64,000 nucleotides of DNA from Bacillota bacterium (GTDB lineage Bacteria; Patescibacteriota; Patescibacteriia; Patescibacteriales; UBA12465), in the NCBI GenBank assembly GCA_050259635.1, contig JBLNBA010000002.1, forward strand, positions 90,681 to 154,680, read 5' to 3'. The number at the start of each line of letters is the position of its first letter. Position 1 is the first letter of the stretch. Both the position numbers and the translations under genes were made by a program. The notes under the pieces are model-generated. The model saw only the letters and a program-made list of their open reading frames with translations, had not been told where the DNA came from and did no database searches. Shown here in pieces: positions 43,727-53,344 of this stretch.

Positions 43727-44785
43727 ATGGCTAAAGATTATTACGATATCCTAGGCGTCTCGAAAGACGCGAATGCGGATGAGATCAAAGCCGCCTTCCG
43801 TAAGAAGGCCCATGAGCATCACCCGGATAAAGGAGGGGACGAGGCCAGATTTAAGGAAGTCAATGAGGCCTATCAGGTTTTAGGAAATGCCGACAAGCGC
43901 CGCCAGTATGATCAGTTCGGCTCTTCTTTCCAGAATGGGCAGGCGGGGTTCGGTCAGGGCTTTGGCGGATTTAATGGCAATATCAATATGGATGACCTCG
44001 GAGACATCTTCGGGGGTTTTGGCGATATCTTCGGTTTCGGTGGTAGCGGCAGAAGAGGCGGTCCGGAGCGTGGGCGTGATTTGGAAATGAGCCTTTCTAT
44101 CAGCTTCTTAGAGTCGATCCATGGCCTGGAGACGGAAATCAAATTTCCTCATCTTAAAACCTGTTCTCATTGCGGAGGCAGCGGCGATGCTCCCGGCGCT
44201 AAAATCGATACTTGTCCAACCTGCCACGGCAGCGGCCGAATAAGCCGGATCCAGCGCACCATCCTTGGTTCGGTCCAAACGCAATCGACTTGTCCTGATT
44301 GCCATGGGGAGGGAAAGAAAGCCAGCGCGCAGTGTTCCATTTGCCATGGTCAAGGACGGGTAAAGCATGATGAAAAGCTAAAGGTAAAGATTCCGGCCGG
44401 CATTAGCAACGGCGAAAGCATCCGTCTCTCCGGTTACGGCGATGCCGGTGAAAGAGGGGCTCCATCCGGAGATCTTTTCCTCAAGGTTCGGGTGGCAACG
44501 CATGCGGAGCTCAAGAGGGAAGGAGATGATATATATTCTCAGTTTGAAATTACTATGAGCGAGGCGGCTTTAGGAACCACGATCGGGGTCGAGACCGCAT
44601 ATGGGGAGGTGAAACTCAAGATACCTGCCGGGACGCAGCCGCAAACTGTTTTCCGCATTAAAGAAAAAGGGGCCCCGAGATTGCATGGACGCGGACAGGG
44701 AGACCATTTCGTGAAGATCAAAGTCCTTATCCCTAAGAGCCTGACCAAAAAGCAGAAGCAGCTCTTGGAAGAATTAGGGTTATAA
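43727..44785 (+). CDS. dnaJ: Co-chaperone DnaJ
   Basis: J domain with HPD, G/F region, four CxxCxGxG zinc motifs. Confidence 0.95.
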   Translation: MAKDYYDILGVSKDANADEIKAAFRKKAHEHHPDKGGDEARFKEVNEAYQVLGNADKRRQYDQFGSSFQNGQAGFGQGFGGFNGNINMDDLGDIFGGFGDIFGFGGSGRRGGPERGRDLEMSLSISFLESIHGLETEIKFPHLKTCSHCGGSGDAPGAKIDTCPTCHGSGRISRIQRTILGSVQTQSTCPDCHGEGKKASAQCSICHGQGRVKHDEKLKVKIPAGISNGESIRLSGYGDAGERGAPSGDLFLKVRVATHAELKREGDDIYSQFEITMSEAALGTTIGVETAYGEVKLKIPAGTQPQTVFRIKEKGAPRLHGRGQGDHFVKIKVLIPKSLTKKQKQLLEELGL

Positions 44786-44789
44786 ATAT

Positions 44790-45401
44790 ATGGATAGGAC
44801 CCAGCTCTTATACATCCACGGTGGCATGACCTTCCTGAAGCATGAAGACTATTTGCGCTATCTCCGTACGAGGGAGGTGATTCTAGAGCGTCCGTCTTTC
44901 TGGACGGAGGTTTTAGAGGAACAATTAGGTCCGGATTTCCAAATAATCCGGCCACGCATGCCGCTTCGGGAGAACGCGTCTTATGAGGATTGGAAAATCC
45001 ATTTTGAACGCTATATCCCGCTCTTGGATGGCGAGGTGATTCTAGCGGGTTATTCCCTGGGGGCTATTTTCCTGGTGCAATATCTATCTGAGAATAAATT
45101 TCCGAAAGAGATCATCGCCCTGCATTTAGTGGCGGCCCCTTTTGACGGTAATCTGCCCGGGGAAGATCTTGTCGGCGGTTTCCGCCTGCAATCCGACCTT
45201 TCCTTGCTCCAAGAAAATTGTAGCCATATCCACTTCTGGTTTTCCGCCGATGACGAGGTGATTCCGCTTTCTCATGCGGAAAGTTATCGACAAAAACTGC
45301 CTGGTGCTCAGATAGATATTATCGACGGAGCGCAGGGCCATTTTCGTTTAGAGGAATTCCCAGCCTTCGTGCAAGCGATAAAGAAGGACGCCGGAAAATA
45401 G
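44790..45401 (+). CDS. Alpha/beta hydrolase (YdeN/RBBP9-like serine hydrolase)
   Basis: 203 aa with nucleophile elbow GYSLGA and a C-terminal His region GAQGHF. Confidence 0.6.
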   Translation: MDRTQLLYIHGGMTFLKHEDYLRYLRTREVILERPSFWTEVLEEQLGPDFQIIRPRMPLRENASYEDWKIHFERYIPLLDGEVILAGYSLGAIFLVQYLSENKFPKEIIALHLVAAPFDGNLPGEDLVGGFRLQSDLSLLQENCSHIHFWFSADDEVIPLSHAESYRQKLPGAQIDIIDGAQGHFRLEEFPAFVQAIKKDAGK

Positions 45402-45450
45402 TGGATGGTATCGTTATATACAAGCCTCTGCGGGGGCTTTTTGGTAATCC

Positions 45451-45479
45451 TTTACAGGTGAACAAATGTTCACTATAAT
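45451..45479 (+). promoter_or_regulatory. lexA promoter with an embedded SOS (Cheo-type) box
   Basis: TTTACA-17-TATAAT. GAACAAATGTTC (45460-45471) fits GAAC-N4-GTTC inside the spacer. Confidence 0.8.
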
Positions 45480-45499
45480 ATAGTCGTCACTATGAATAT

Positions 45500-46066
45500 A
45501 TGAAAAAAGACTATAAAGGGTTGATTACCGGTTTCTATAAAGAGAAGCGCCGGATGCCGGATTATGCGGAGATGATGCATCTCTTGGATTTCCGTTCCAA
45601 GAATGCGGTCTTTAAGCTAGTGAACCGGCTGGAAACTGAAAATTTCTTAGAGAAGGACGGAAAGGGAAAGCTTATCCCAAAGAATATTTTCGGGGAGCTG
45701 AAAGTTTTGGGCCAAGTGGAGGCGGGCTTCCCTTCGCCGGCGGAAGAAGAATTGGCGGATACTATGAGTTTGGATGATTTTCTGATCAAAAATAAGGAGG
45801 CGACCTATCTCTTAAAGGTGAGCGGTGATTCCATGAGAGATGCCGGCATTATGCCGGGGGACATGGTGCTTGTCGACCGCAGCCTTACCCCGACGGATGG
45901 AAATATTGTCATTGCCGAGGTAGACAAGCAATGGACAGTGAAATATTTTCGCAAGAGGGGAAAGGAAATATATCTAGAACCGGCGAACAAGAATTTTCCT
46001 ATCATCCGTCCGACGGAAGAATTGCGGATTGCCGCCGTAGTGAAGGCAGTCATCCGTAAATATTGA
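45500..46066 (+). CDS. lexA: LexA repressor
   Basis: N-terminal wHTH, cleavage region VEAGFP, S24 peptidase GDSM...K. Confidence 0.9.
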   Translation: MKKDYKGLITGFYKEKRRMPDYAEMMHLLDFRSKNAVFKLVNRLETENFLEKDGKGKLIPKNIFGELKVLGQVEAGFPSPAEEELADTMSLDDFLIKNKEATYLLKVSGDSMRDAGIMPGDMVLVDRSLTPTDGNIVIAEVDKQWTVKYFRKRGKEIYLEPANKNFPIIRPTEELRIAAVVKAVIRKY

Positions 46067-46067
46067 T

Positions 46068-47372
46068 ATGCCGCTTTCAATCTCATCTTTTCCGCAAGCC
46101 ATTCTCCACGTGGACGGGGATTGCTTTTTTGCCTCCTGCGAAATCGCTCGGCGTCCGGAGCTCAAAGGCCGTCCAGTGGTTACGGGGCTGGAGAGAGGAA
46201 TCGTGTCCTCTCTTACCTATGAAGCGAAAGCGAGAGGGGTGAAAAGAGCAATGCCTTTTTGGGAGGTGAAGAAGATCTGTCCCGAGGTCGTTTTTTTGCC
46301 TTCCGATTATGAATCATACAGCCTGTATTCGATGCGGATGTTCAATATTGTCCGACGCTTCACGCCGGAGGTGGAGGAATATAGCATCGATGAATGTTTT
46401 GCCGATCTTACCGGTTTGCGCCGTCCTTTGCGCATGAGCTATCCCGAGATGGCAGAGAAGATAAAGGCAGAGCTGGATAGCGAGCTGGGTTTTACCTTTT
46501 CCGTGGGCTTAGCCCCGACCAAGGTTCTGGCTAAGATCGGATCCAAATGGAAGAAGCCCTCCGGTCTCACCGTCATCTCCGGAAGGGAGATAGAGAAGTT
46601 CCTAGCTCCGCTCGAAGCCGGGAAAGTTTGGGGCATCGGGCCGCAGACCGCAGCACTCCTCGCCAAATACGGAGTGCGTACGGCCTTGGATTTCGTCCGC
46701 CATGATTTAGATTGGGTGAAAGTCAGGCTTACCAAGCCTCATATTGAGATCTGGCGGGAGCTGCGCGGAGAATCTGTTTATCCGATCGATACGGCAAGGA
46801 GGGAATCATATCAGTCTATCAGTAAGACAAAGACTTTTACGCCGCCTTCCGCGGATGCCGGGTATGTCTTTAGCCAGTTGTCCAAGAACGTGGAGAATGC
46901 CTGCATCAAGCTCAGGCGTCATCATTTGGCGGCTAAGAAGGTTTTCTTCTTCCTCAAGACCCAAGATTTCCGTTATCACGGTTATGAGTTTAAGCTTATG
47001 CGCCTGACAGATAATCCGGTAGAGATCATCGCCATGATCCGGCAGTATTTTGACTCTGTTTTCAGGGAAGCATCCCAATTTAGGGCCACGGGAATCGTCC
47101 TGATGGATATCGGAGAAAATAGTTGCCGCCAAGCAGACCTATTCAATGAAGTGGCCAGGGCGGAGAAGATCTCTAAGATCTTCGGAAGCGTGGACGGAAT
47201 CGCCAAGAGGTATGGGAAGCATACGATGTTCCTCGGCTCCAGCTTCTCGGCCATGAAGCGCCCCCAGCATGAGAATAGCCGCCAAGAGGCACCTGAGCGG
47301 AAGAGGGAGTTGTTCAAGGGAGAAACGAAAAGGAAGCGGCTGGCTATTCCATATTTGGGAGAAACTTGCTAA
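46068..47372 (+). CDS. dinB: Y-family DNA polymerase IV
   Basis: ILHVDGDCFFASCE, SIDECFADLTG. Starts 1 nt after the lexA stop. Confidence 0.9.
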   Translation: MPLSISSFPQAILHVDGDCFFASCEIARRPELKGRPVVTGLERGIVSSLTYEAKARGVKRAMPFWEVKKICPEVVFLPSDYESYSLYSMRMFNIVRRFTPEVEEYSIDECFADLTGLRRPLRMSYPEMAEKIKAELDSELGFTFSVGLAPTKVLAKIGSKWKKPSGLTVISGREIEKFLAPLEAGKVWGIGPQTAALLAKYGVRTALDFVRHDLDWVKVRLTKPHIEIWRELRGESVYPIDTARRESYQSISKTKTFTPPSADAGYVFSQLSKNVENACIKLRRHHLAAKKVFFFLKTQDFRYHGYEFKLMRLTDNPVEIIAMIRQYFDSVFREASQFRATGIVLMDIGENSCRQADLFNEVARAEKISKIFGSVDGIAKRYGKHTMFLGSSFSAMKRPQHENSRQEAPERKRELFKGETKRKRLAIPYLGETC

Positions 47373-47496
47373 ATTCATGGATTGACAAGATATCATAAAT
47401 GTTTTAAAGTATAATATTACTTAAATAATTTTTTGGGTAATACTCAATTTCGCTGGGAGAAGTGCGAAAGTTTCTTTAACAAAATACTGGTGCAAA

Positions 47497-48129
47497 ATGA
47501 ATAAAAATGACAACACTGGTCTCGGTCTCATCAAAACAACCATTGAGAGGGCCCAAAATGAAAAATCGCTGTTTAATAGCGCTCTGAAAAAACTCGTCAA
47601 TTCGACGGAAGAAGAATTAGCTGATTTCCTGAAGAAGAAGATGGAAAAAAATGCTATTGGTAATCTTTGCTGTATTTCCGGCAAAGAAATGATAATGATT
47701 GAGGCTCTCGATGGCAAAGCGTATATCTCTAATGCCAAGAAGACATTCAAATCTGGCATTGATGAAGATTTCAAAAAATGGGGACTTAATCAATCCGGTC
47801 TGGCCACTGCTGAAACATTGTTTGATGTGAGCGAAATGTCCGCCGACGGAACCTTCACCCAAATTTTTACCGGCATTACTTCCGATCTAGACAAAATCGT
47901 CATGACACAGGCTCAAATTATACGCTTCTGCGAAAAATACCCTACCTGGCTCCGTCACTACGCTACCTTCTTCCTAACGAAGGTCCGTGGAAAATATTTC
48001 GTGGTCTACGTGTACGTGCGTTTGGACGGTCTGTATGTCAGCGTAGGTCTCTTTGAGCGTGACGTTATCTGGTATGGCGGGGGTCGTCATCGCGTTGTTT
48101 CCCCACAACTTATTCCTTTGCCCGAATAG
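47497..48129 (+). CDS. Orphan protein (210 aa), AT-rich, monocistronic; weak paralog of the 14306 gene
   Basis: Own promoter (TTGACA at 47382), leader hairpin and terminator (48153-48208). No recognisable domain. Confidence 0.55.
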   Translation: MNKNDNTGLGLIKTTIERAQNEKSLFNSALKKLVNSTEEELADFLKKKMEKNAIGNLCCISGKEMIMIEALDGKAYISNAKKTFKSGIDEDFKKWGLNQSGLATAETLFDVSEMSADGTFTQIFTGITSDLDKIVMTQAQIIRFCEKYPTWLRHYATFFLTKVRGKYFVVYVYVRLDGLYVSVGLFERDVIWYGGGRHRVVSPQLIPLPE

Positions 48130-48256
48130 TTCTCAAAGTCATCTCTTCTTTGTCCCTTGGATTCTTTCCTAGTTTAATACTAAGAGCTAGAATTCCGAGG
48201 GATTTTTTATAAGAAGACAAAAATAGGGGTAATATCGAGCAATTTTTGCAAATTCG

Positions 48257-48285
48257 TTGACTTTTTGAGCCTAGAAGGCTAAACT
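48257..48285 (+). promoter_or_regulatory. Sigma70-type promoter upstream of the Cys-rich smORF
   Basis: TTGACT, 17 nt spacer, TAAACT. Confidence 0.55.
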
Positions 48286-48319
48286 AAGTTCAGGAGTTTT
48301 TAATAAATGATAGCAATTT

Positions 48320-48457
48320 ATGTGCAAATGCGCTTGGTTAAAGAGATTGTTCGGAATTAAGAAAGAATGTTGCTGCCACAGTCATGAGCAGGTCGCAACT
48401 ACTCCCGCTCCAGAGACCCCTAAGGCTCCGGAAGCTCCGGTGATGGAACAAAAGTAA
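48320..48457 (+). CDS. Unannotated 45-aa Cys/His-rich small ORF
   Basis: My own translation: MCKCAWLKRLFGIKKECCCHSHEQVATTPAPETPKAPEAPVMEQK. It is bracketed by a good promoter and a strong terminator. Confidence 0.4.
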   Translation: MCKCAWLKRLFGIKKECCCHSHEQVATTPAPETPKAPEAPVMEQK

Positions 48458-48470
48458 GAACGATCAAATT

Positions 48471-48497
48471 AAAAAAACGCGCATTCCGCGTTTTTTT
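48471..48497 (+). terminator. Intrinsic terminator after the smORF
   Basis: AAAAAAACGCG-cattc-CGCGTTTTTTT. Confidence 0.8.
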
Positions 48498-48511
48498 ATC
48501 ATTAAACACTT

Positions 48512-49366
48512 ATGTTTATCGACACGCATGCCCATATTAATTTCAAGGATTTCAAGGATGACGCCGAGGAGGTTATCCGGAGGTCTTTGGACAATGATAC
48601 CTGGATGGTCTTGGTCGGTTCGGAATATAAGACATCCAATCGAGCCTTAGCTCATGCCAATCGCTATCAGCGAGGGGTATATGCTGCCGTGGGTTTGCAC
48701 CCTATACATTTGGAAGAGCAAGACGTGGAAGAGAATGATGACGAGAACGGAGAGTATAGTTTCCGGACCCGTGCCGAAGATTTTAATTACGATAGCTACG
48801 AGAAGCTCGCGAAGTTTGAGAAGGTGGTTGCAATTGGGGAGATCGGGCTGGACTATTATCATCTGGACCCCACCAAAGACGTAAGCGCCGCTAAGCGCAA
48901 GCAACAGGAAGTCTTCTTGAAGCAGCTTCTTTTGGCTCGCAACCTTGATCTGCCGGTAATTATCCATTGTCGGCAGGCACATGATGACCTAATGGCCATC
49001 CTTCAGGATTTTCGTAAGGTCTATTCGGACTTCATCCCGACCGATCGACCCTGGGGAGTGCTCCATTGCTTTTCTGGTGACGAGGATATGGCTTGGAAGT
49101 ACTTTTCCATGGGCTTGATCGTCTCTTTTACCGGGTTAGTGACATTTAGCAAGCAGTGGGATGATGTTTTACGTAAGATTCCAATTGATAAATTCATGAT
49201 CGAAACCGATTCTCCTTATATGACCCCCGAACCTTATCGAGGGAGAAGGAATGAACCGATCTTAGTCCAATATGTTGCCGGACGGATAGCAGAAATCCGC
49301 AATTCAACCATTGAGAAGATAGCAGCGGCAACGACCGATACGGCCCGAAAATTTTTTAGGATTTAA
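48512..49366 (+). CDS. tatD: TatD-family metal-dependent DNase/hydrolase
   Basis: FIDTHAHINF, GEIGLDY, IHCRQAHDD, ETDSPYM. Confidence 0.9.
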   Translation: MFIDTHAHINFKDFKDDAEEVIRRSLDNDTWMVLVGSEYKTSNRALAHANRYQRGVYAAVGLHPIHLEEQDVEENDDENGEYSFRTRAEDFNYDSYEKLAKFEKVVAIGEIGLDYYHLDPTKDVSAAKRKQQEVFLKQLLLARNLDLPVIIHCRQAHDDLMAILQDFRKVYSDFIPTDRPWGVLHCFSGDEDMAWKYFSMGLIVSFTGLVTFSKQWDDVLRKIPIDKFMIETDSPYMTPEPYRGRRNEPILVQYVAGRIAEIRNSTIEKIAAATTDTARKFFRI

Positions 49367-49415
49367 ATGGGCTAAAAATAGCAAATATTGCTCCTAAAGT
49401 TGATTTTCCTCAGAC

Positions 49416-49444
49416 TTGACTTTTTTCGTATCGGGGTGTATATA
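49416..49444 (+). promoter_or_regulatory. ATP synthase operon promoter
   Basis: TTGACT, 17 nt spacer, TATATA. Confidence 0.6.
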
Positions 49445-49481
49445 ACTAGTGGTTTTCTGAAAATTTATCTAATTTAAGCCT

Positions 49482-49733
49482 ATGGATAAGCAATCGCCGA
49501 GACAGCTCATTGTCTCGAGCGTCGCCTATAGCCTCTCATCTATTCTGGGGCCTTTATTTATTTTAGGGCTTCCGGCATATTTTGCCGATCGTTTTTTTGG
49601 TACTAAGCCGGTAATTTTCCTTTCGGCGGTCGGTTTGGCTTTCATAGTTACGAATATAATACTTTTTAGGAAGGTTTCTAAAGTAAGGCAAGAAATTTTA
49701 CGCATATCCCCGGTAAAACCGGATAAGGAATAA
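49482..49733 (+). CDS. AtpZ/AtpI-like small membrane protein
   Basis: 83 aa with two TM helices, first gene of the atp operon. Confidence 0.5.
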   Translation: MDKQSPRQLIVSSVAYSLSSILGPLFILGLPAYFADRFFGTKPVIFLSAVGLAFIVTNIILFRKVSKVRQEILRISPVKPDKE

Positions 49734-49744
49734 GCAATTAATTT

Positions 49745-50581
49745 ATGGAATCAGGAGCAGCAAATTCCGAAACCATTGAGCTCAAGCACGAGAGCCCGTT
49801 ATATGCCGAACCGATTTTTGAAATCGGTGGCTTTCCCATTACCAATTCCTGGATCAATTCCTTCGTTGTGGTGTTGATTGTGGTTACCCTTTGCCTTTCT
49901 TTGCGTGGTCGGATCAAGTTAATACCGAAAGGCTTGCAGAATCTGATGGAGACGGCTATCGAAAGCCTGATGGACCTTTTTGATACTGTTACTCATTCTC
50001 GAGAGAAGACGATTAAGTTTGCGCCTTTAGTCCTCTCTCTCTTCTTCTTTATTCTGATAAACAACTGGCTGGGTCTCCTTCCCGGAGTAGGGACGATCGG
50101 GAGGGTGGTGTCGGAGAACGGGGAGGCCGTCTTCGTTCCTTTCCTCAGAGGAGGTACGGCTGACCTTAATACCACTCTTGCCCTCGCTATCATCGGTGTA
50201 TTCATGAGCCACGTATTAGGCGTAGTAGCAACTGGCTGGTGGCATTATTTCAACAAGTTTATCAATATCAAGGCTTTTTTACAGATTCCGAAAAAGATCA
50301 TGAAAGAGCCGACTATTGTCTTAGTGAATCCGATCAAGGCCTTTGTCGGTTTGATCGAGATCATTGGCGAGGCCGCGAAAGTGGCGAGCTTATCCTTCCG
50401 TCTTTTCGGTAATATCTTTGCCGGGGAAGTACTGCTGGTTTCCATGTCTGCCATCATGGCCTTTGTGGTTCCGATACCGTTCATGTTCCTGGAGATCATC
50501 GTCGGCTTGATCCAAGCTTTTATTTTTTCTATCCTTATCTTGACTTACCTGTCGATAAACACTACCAAGGAAGAGCATTAA
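49745..50581 (+). CDS. atpB: F0 subunit a
   Basis: SLSFRLFGNIFAGE (conserved Arg helix), 5-6 TM helices. Confidence 0.9.
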   Translation: MESGAANSETIELKHESPLYAEPIFEIGGFPITNSWINSFVVVLIVVTLCLSLRGRIKLIPKGLQNLMETAIESLMDLFDTVTHSREKTIKFAPLVLSLFFFILINNWLGLLPGVGTIGRVVSENGEAVFVPFLRGGTADLNTTLALAIIGVFMSHVLGVVATGWWHYFNKFINIKAFLQIPKKIMKEPTIVLVNPIKAFVGLIEIIGEAAKVASLSFRLFGNIFAGEVLLVSMSAIMAFVVPIPFMFLEIIVGLIQAFIFSILILTYLSINTTKEEH

Positions 50582-50626
50582 TCTTATAATTAATAATACC
50601 GGATACATTTGTGTCCGGAGTAATAA

Positions 50627-50848
<222 letters not shown>

Positions 50849-50913
50849 GTTGAAGATTGGAAGATCGGCCTTGGGCCTCCCGAGCCCGATTTCAAGTTTT
50901 TAACTATTAATTT

Positions 50914-51402
50914 ATGGAATCAATAATTTCCGATTTCCACGTTGACTGGCATCTGCTGGTCGCTCAGGCCGTCAATTTCGGCATCGTCATTTCTGTTTTG
51001 TATTTCTTCGCCTTCAAGCCGATCGTCAAGATGATGGCGGACCGTTCAGCGAGAATCGCTCAGGGATTAAAGGACGCGGAAGATAGCCGCACAAAGCTTT
51101 CCTCGACTGAACAAGAAACCCAAGGCATGCTTAAAGATGCGCGCAAGCAGGCGGATGCCGTGGTGGCTGAAGCTGGGCGCCAGGCTGAGGCTAGCCAGGC
51201 CGAAGCTGTCATCAAAGCCAAAGAGCAAGTGAAATCCGTTATTGAGCAGGAGAAGTCGAAATTGGCTCGGGAAAAAGAACAAACCATGGAAGAAATCCGC
51301 CTGGAAGCTTCTGCTCTGGCTGTTTCTTTAGCCGAGAAAGTGCTGGGAGAAAAACTGGATGCTCAAGGAGATGAGAAATTTATTAATAAGGTAATCAAGT
51401 AG
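50914..51402 (+). CDS. atpF: F0 subunit b
   Basis: N-terminal TM helix plus a long charged helix. Confidence 0.8.
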   Translation: MESIISDFHVDWHLLVAQAVNFGIVISVLYFFAFKPIVKMMADRSARIAQGLKDAEDSRTKLSSTEQETQGMLKDARKQADAVVAEAGRQAEASQAEAVIKAKEQVKSVIEQEKSKLAREKEQTMEEIRLEASALAVSLAEKVLGEKLDAQGDEKFINKVIK

Positions 51403-51403
51403 T

Positions 51404-51805
51404 ATGAAGGCAAGCGTCAAACAATATGCGCAGAGCTTATATGAATTGGTAGCAGAGAAGTCTGAGAAAGATTCCGAAAAGCTTATCGCTGCGTTTATTG
51501 AGCTTTTGAACAAGAATGGCGACCTGAGTAAAGCTGAAGCGATCATCGAAGAGCTTAGCCGTCTGTTTACCGAAGAGCGGGGAGTGCTGTCTGCGGAGCT
51601 TACCAGCGCTCGTTCTTTATCTCAAACTGCCAAGGACAAGCTCGTATCTTTTTTGCGGAAGAAGACTGGGGCCAAGGAGATTGAGGTGATGGAAAAGATT
51701 CAGCCAGAACTGCTTGGCGGTTTTATTTTGCGTTATGACGGTTACGTAATTGATGGTAGCGTAAGAAGCAATTTTGCCCGTTTTAAAAATCAACTTAGTA
51801 ATTAA
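51404..51805 (+). CDS. atpH: F1 subunit delta (short, 133 aa)
   Basis: Position in the operon; C-terminal [20 protein letters not shown] is OSCP-like. Confidence 0.7.
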   Translation: MKASVKQYAQSLYELVAEKSEKDSEKLIAAFIELLNKNGDLSKAEAIIEELSRLFTEERGVLSAELTSARSLSQTAKDKLVSFLRKKTGAKEIEVMEKIQPELLGGFILRYDGYVIDGSVRSNFARFKNQLSN

Positions 51806-51813
51806 AAATATAT

Positions 51814-53334
51814 ATGTCTAGTACTAAAGACTTCATAGTCGAACAGATTAAGAAGCAGATTGCCGGCTTCAAGGCAGGGATGGAGGAGACCAGCGTCGGA
51901 CGTGTCCTTAAGATTTCCGATGGTATTGCCTTGGTTTCCGGGTTGACGGAAGCGATGATGAGCGAAATCTTGCTTTTCCGGTCAGCGGGCAAGGAAATTG
52001 CCGGCGTAGCTCTGAATCTGGAAGATAATCTGGTCGGTGCTATTATTCTCGGCGAGTATGCCGGTATCAAAGAAGGAGACGAAGTCGTCTGCACCAAGCG
52101 CATCTTGAGCGTTCCGGTCGGAGAGGCCATGATCGGCCGCGTCGTTAATCCTCTCGGGGAAGCTTTGGACGGCAAAGGAGCTTTAGATACTAAGGAATTC
52201 TACCCCGTAGAAAAGATTGCTCCGGGTGTCATTACTCGCGCTTCGGTAAACCAGCCGGTCCAGACCGGTATCAAGGCGATAGATGCCATGATCCCAATCG
52301 GACGCGGACAGCGCGAACTCATCATTGGCGATCGCCAGATCGGTAAGACCGCCATCGCCATAGACGCTATCATCAATCAGAAGGGCCAGAACATGAAGTG
52401 TATTTATGTCGCTATCGGGCAGAAAGAATCCAAGGTGGCCGAGATCGTGCGCAAGCTCGAAGCGGCCGGTGCCATGGAATATACGACCATTGTCATGGCG
52501 GGCGCTTCCAACCCGGCTTCTTTGCTCTATATCGCTCCTTATGCCGGTACGGCGATTGCGGAATTTTTCCTTGATAAGGGGGAAGATGTGCTTATCGTCT
52601 ATGATGACCTTACTAAGCATGCCGTTTCTTATCGTGAAATATCGCTCTTACTCCGCCGTCCTCCGGGCCGCGAAGCTTTTCCGGGCGATGTCTTCTATCT
52701 CCATTCTCGTCTTTTGGAGCGTGCTTGCAAACTGAATAAGGATTTTGGCGGCGGTTCGATTACCGCACTCCCGATTATCGAGACTCAGGCTGGAGATATT
52801 TCCGCCTATATCCCGACCAATGTTATCTCCATCACCGATGGCCAGATCTTTCTGGAGCCGGATATGTTCTATAAAGGCAACCGTCCGGCGGTAAACGCCG
52901 GCTTATCCGTGTCCCGCGTCGGCTCTTCCGCTCAGATTAAAGCGATGAAAAAGGTAGCTGGAAAAATGCGCCTTGAGGCGGCCCAATTCAGAGAATTGGC
53001 CGCTTTCGCCCAGTTCGGATCCGATATCGATGAGGATACGAGCCGCAAGCTTGAAAGAGGCAAGCGCCTTTACGAAGTGTTCAAGCAGGATCAATATCAG
53101 CCCTTGTCCGTGGATAAGCAGGTTGTAATATATTATGCGCTGGTCAACGGTTATGTGGATAATGTCCCGGTTGAAAAAGTACGGGAGTTTGAGGCTGGCC
53201 TGTATAAATATATGGACCTAAACAGCGACGTCTCCAAGCTTATTATTGAGAAGAAGGAATTAGACGCGGAAATCGAGGAGAAAATCAAGCGCGTTTTGGA
53301 AAACTATAAGGAAGCTCTCGATTATCTTGCTTAA
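51814..53334 (+). CDS. atpA: F1 subunit alpha
   Basis: GDRQIGKT (P-loop). Confidence 0.97.
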   Translation: MSSTKDFIVEQIKKQIAGFKAGMEETSVGRVLKISDGIALVSGLTEAMMSEILLFRSAGKEIAGVALNLEDNLVGAIILGEYAGIKEGDEVVCTKRILSVPVGEAMIGRVVNPLGEALDGKGALDTKEFYPVEKIAPGVITRASVNQPVQTGIKAIDAMIPIGRGQRELIIGDRQIGKTAIAIDAIINQKGQNMKCIYVAIGQKESKVAEIVRKLEAAGAMEYTTIVMAGASNPASLLYIAPYAGTAIAEFFLDKGEDVLIVYDDLTKHAVSYREISLLLRRPPGREAFPGDVFYLHSRLLERACKLNKDFGGGSITALPIIETQAGDISAYIPTNVISITDGQIFLEPDMFYKGNRPAVNAGLSVSRVGSSAQIKAMKKVAGKMRLEAAQFRELAAFAQFGSDIDEDTSRKLERGKRLYEVFKQDQYQPLSVDKQVVIYYALVNGYVDNVPVEKVREFEAGLYKYMDLNSDVSKLIIEKKELDAEIEEKIKRVLENYKEALDYLA

Positions 53335-53344
53335 TTAATTCACT

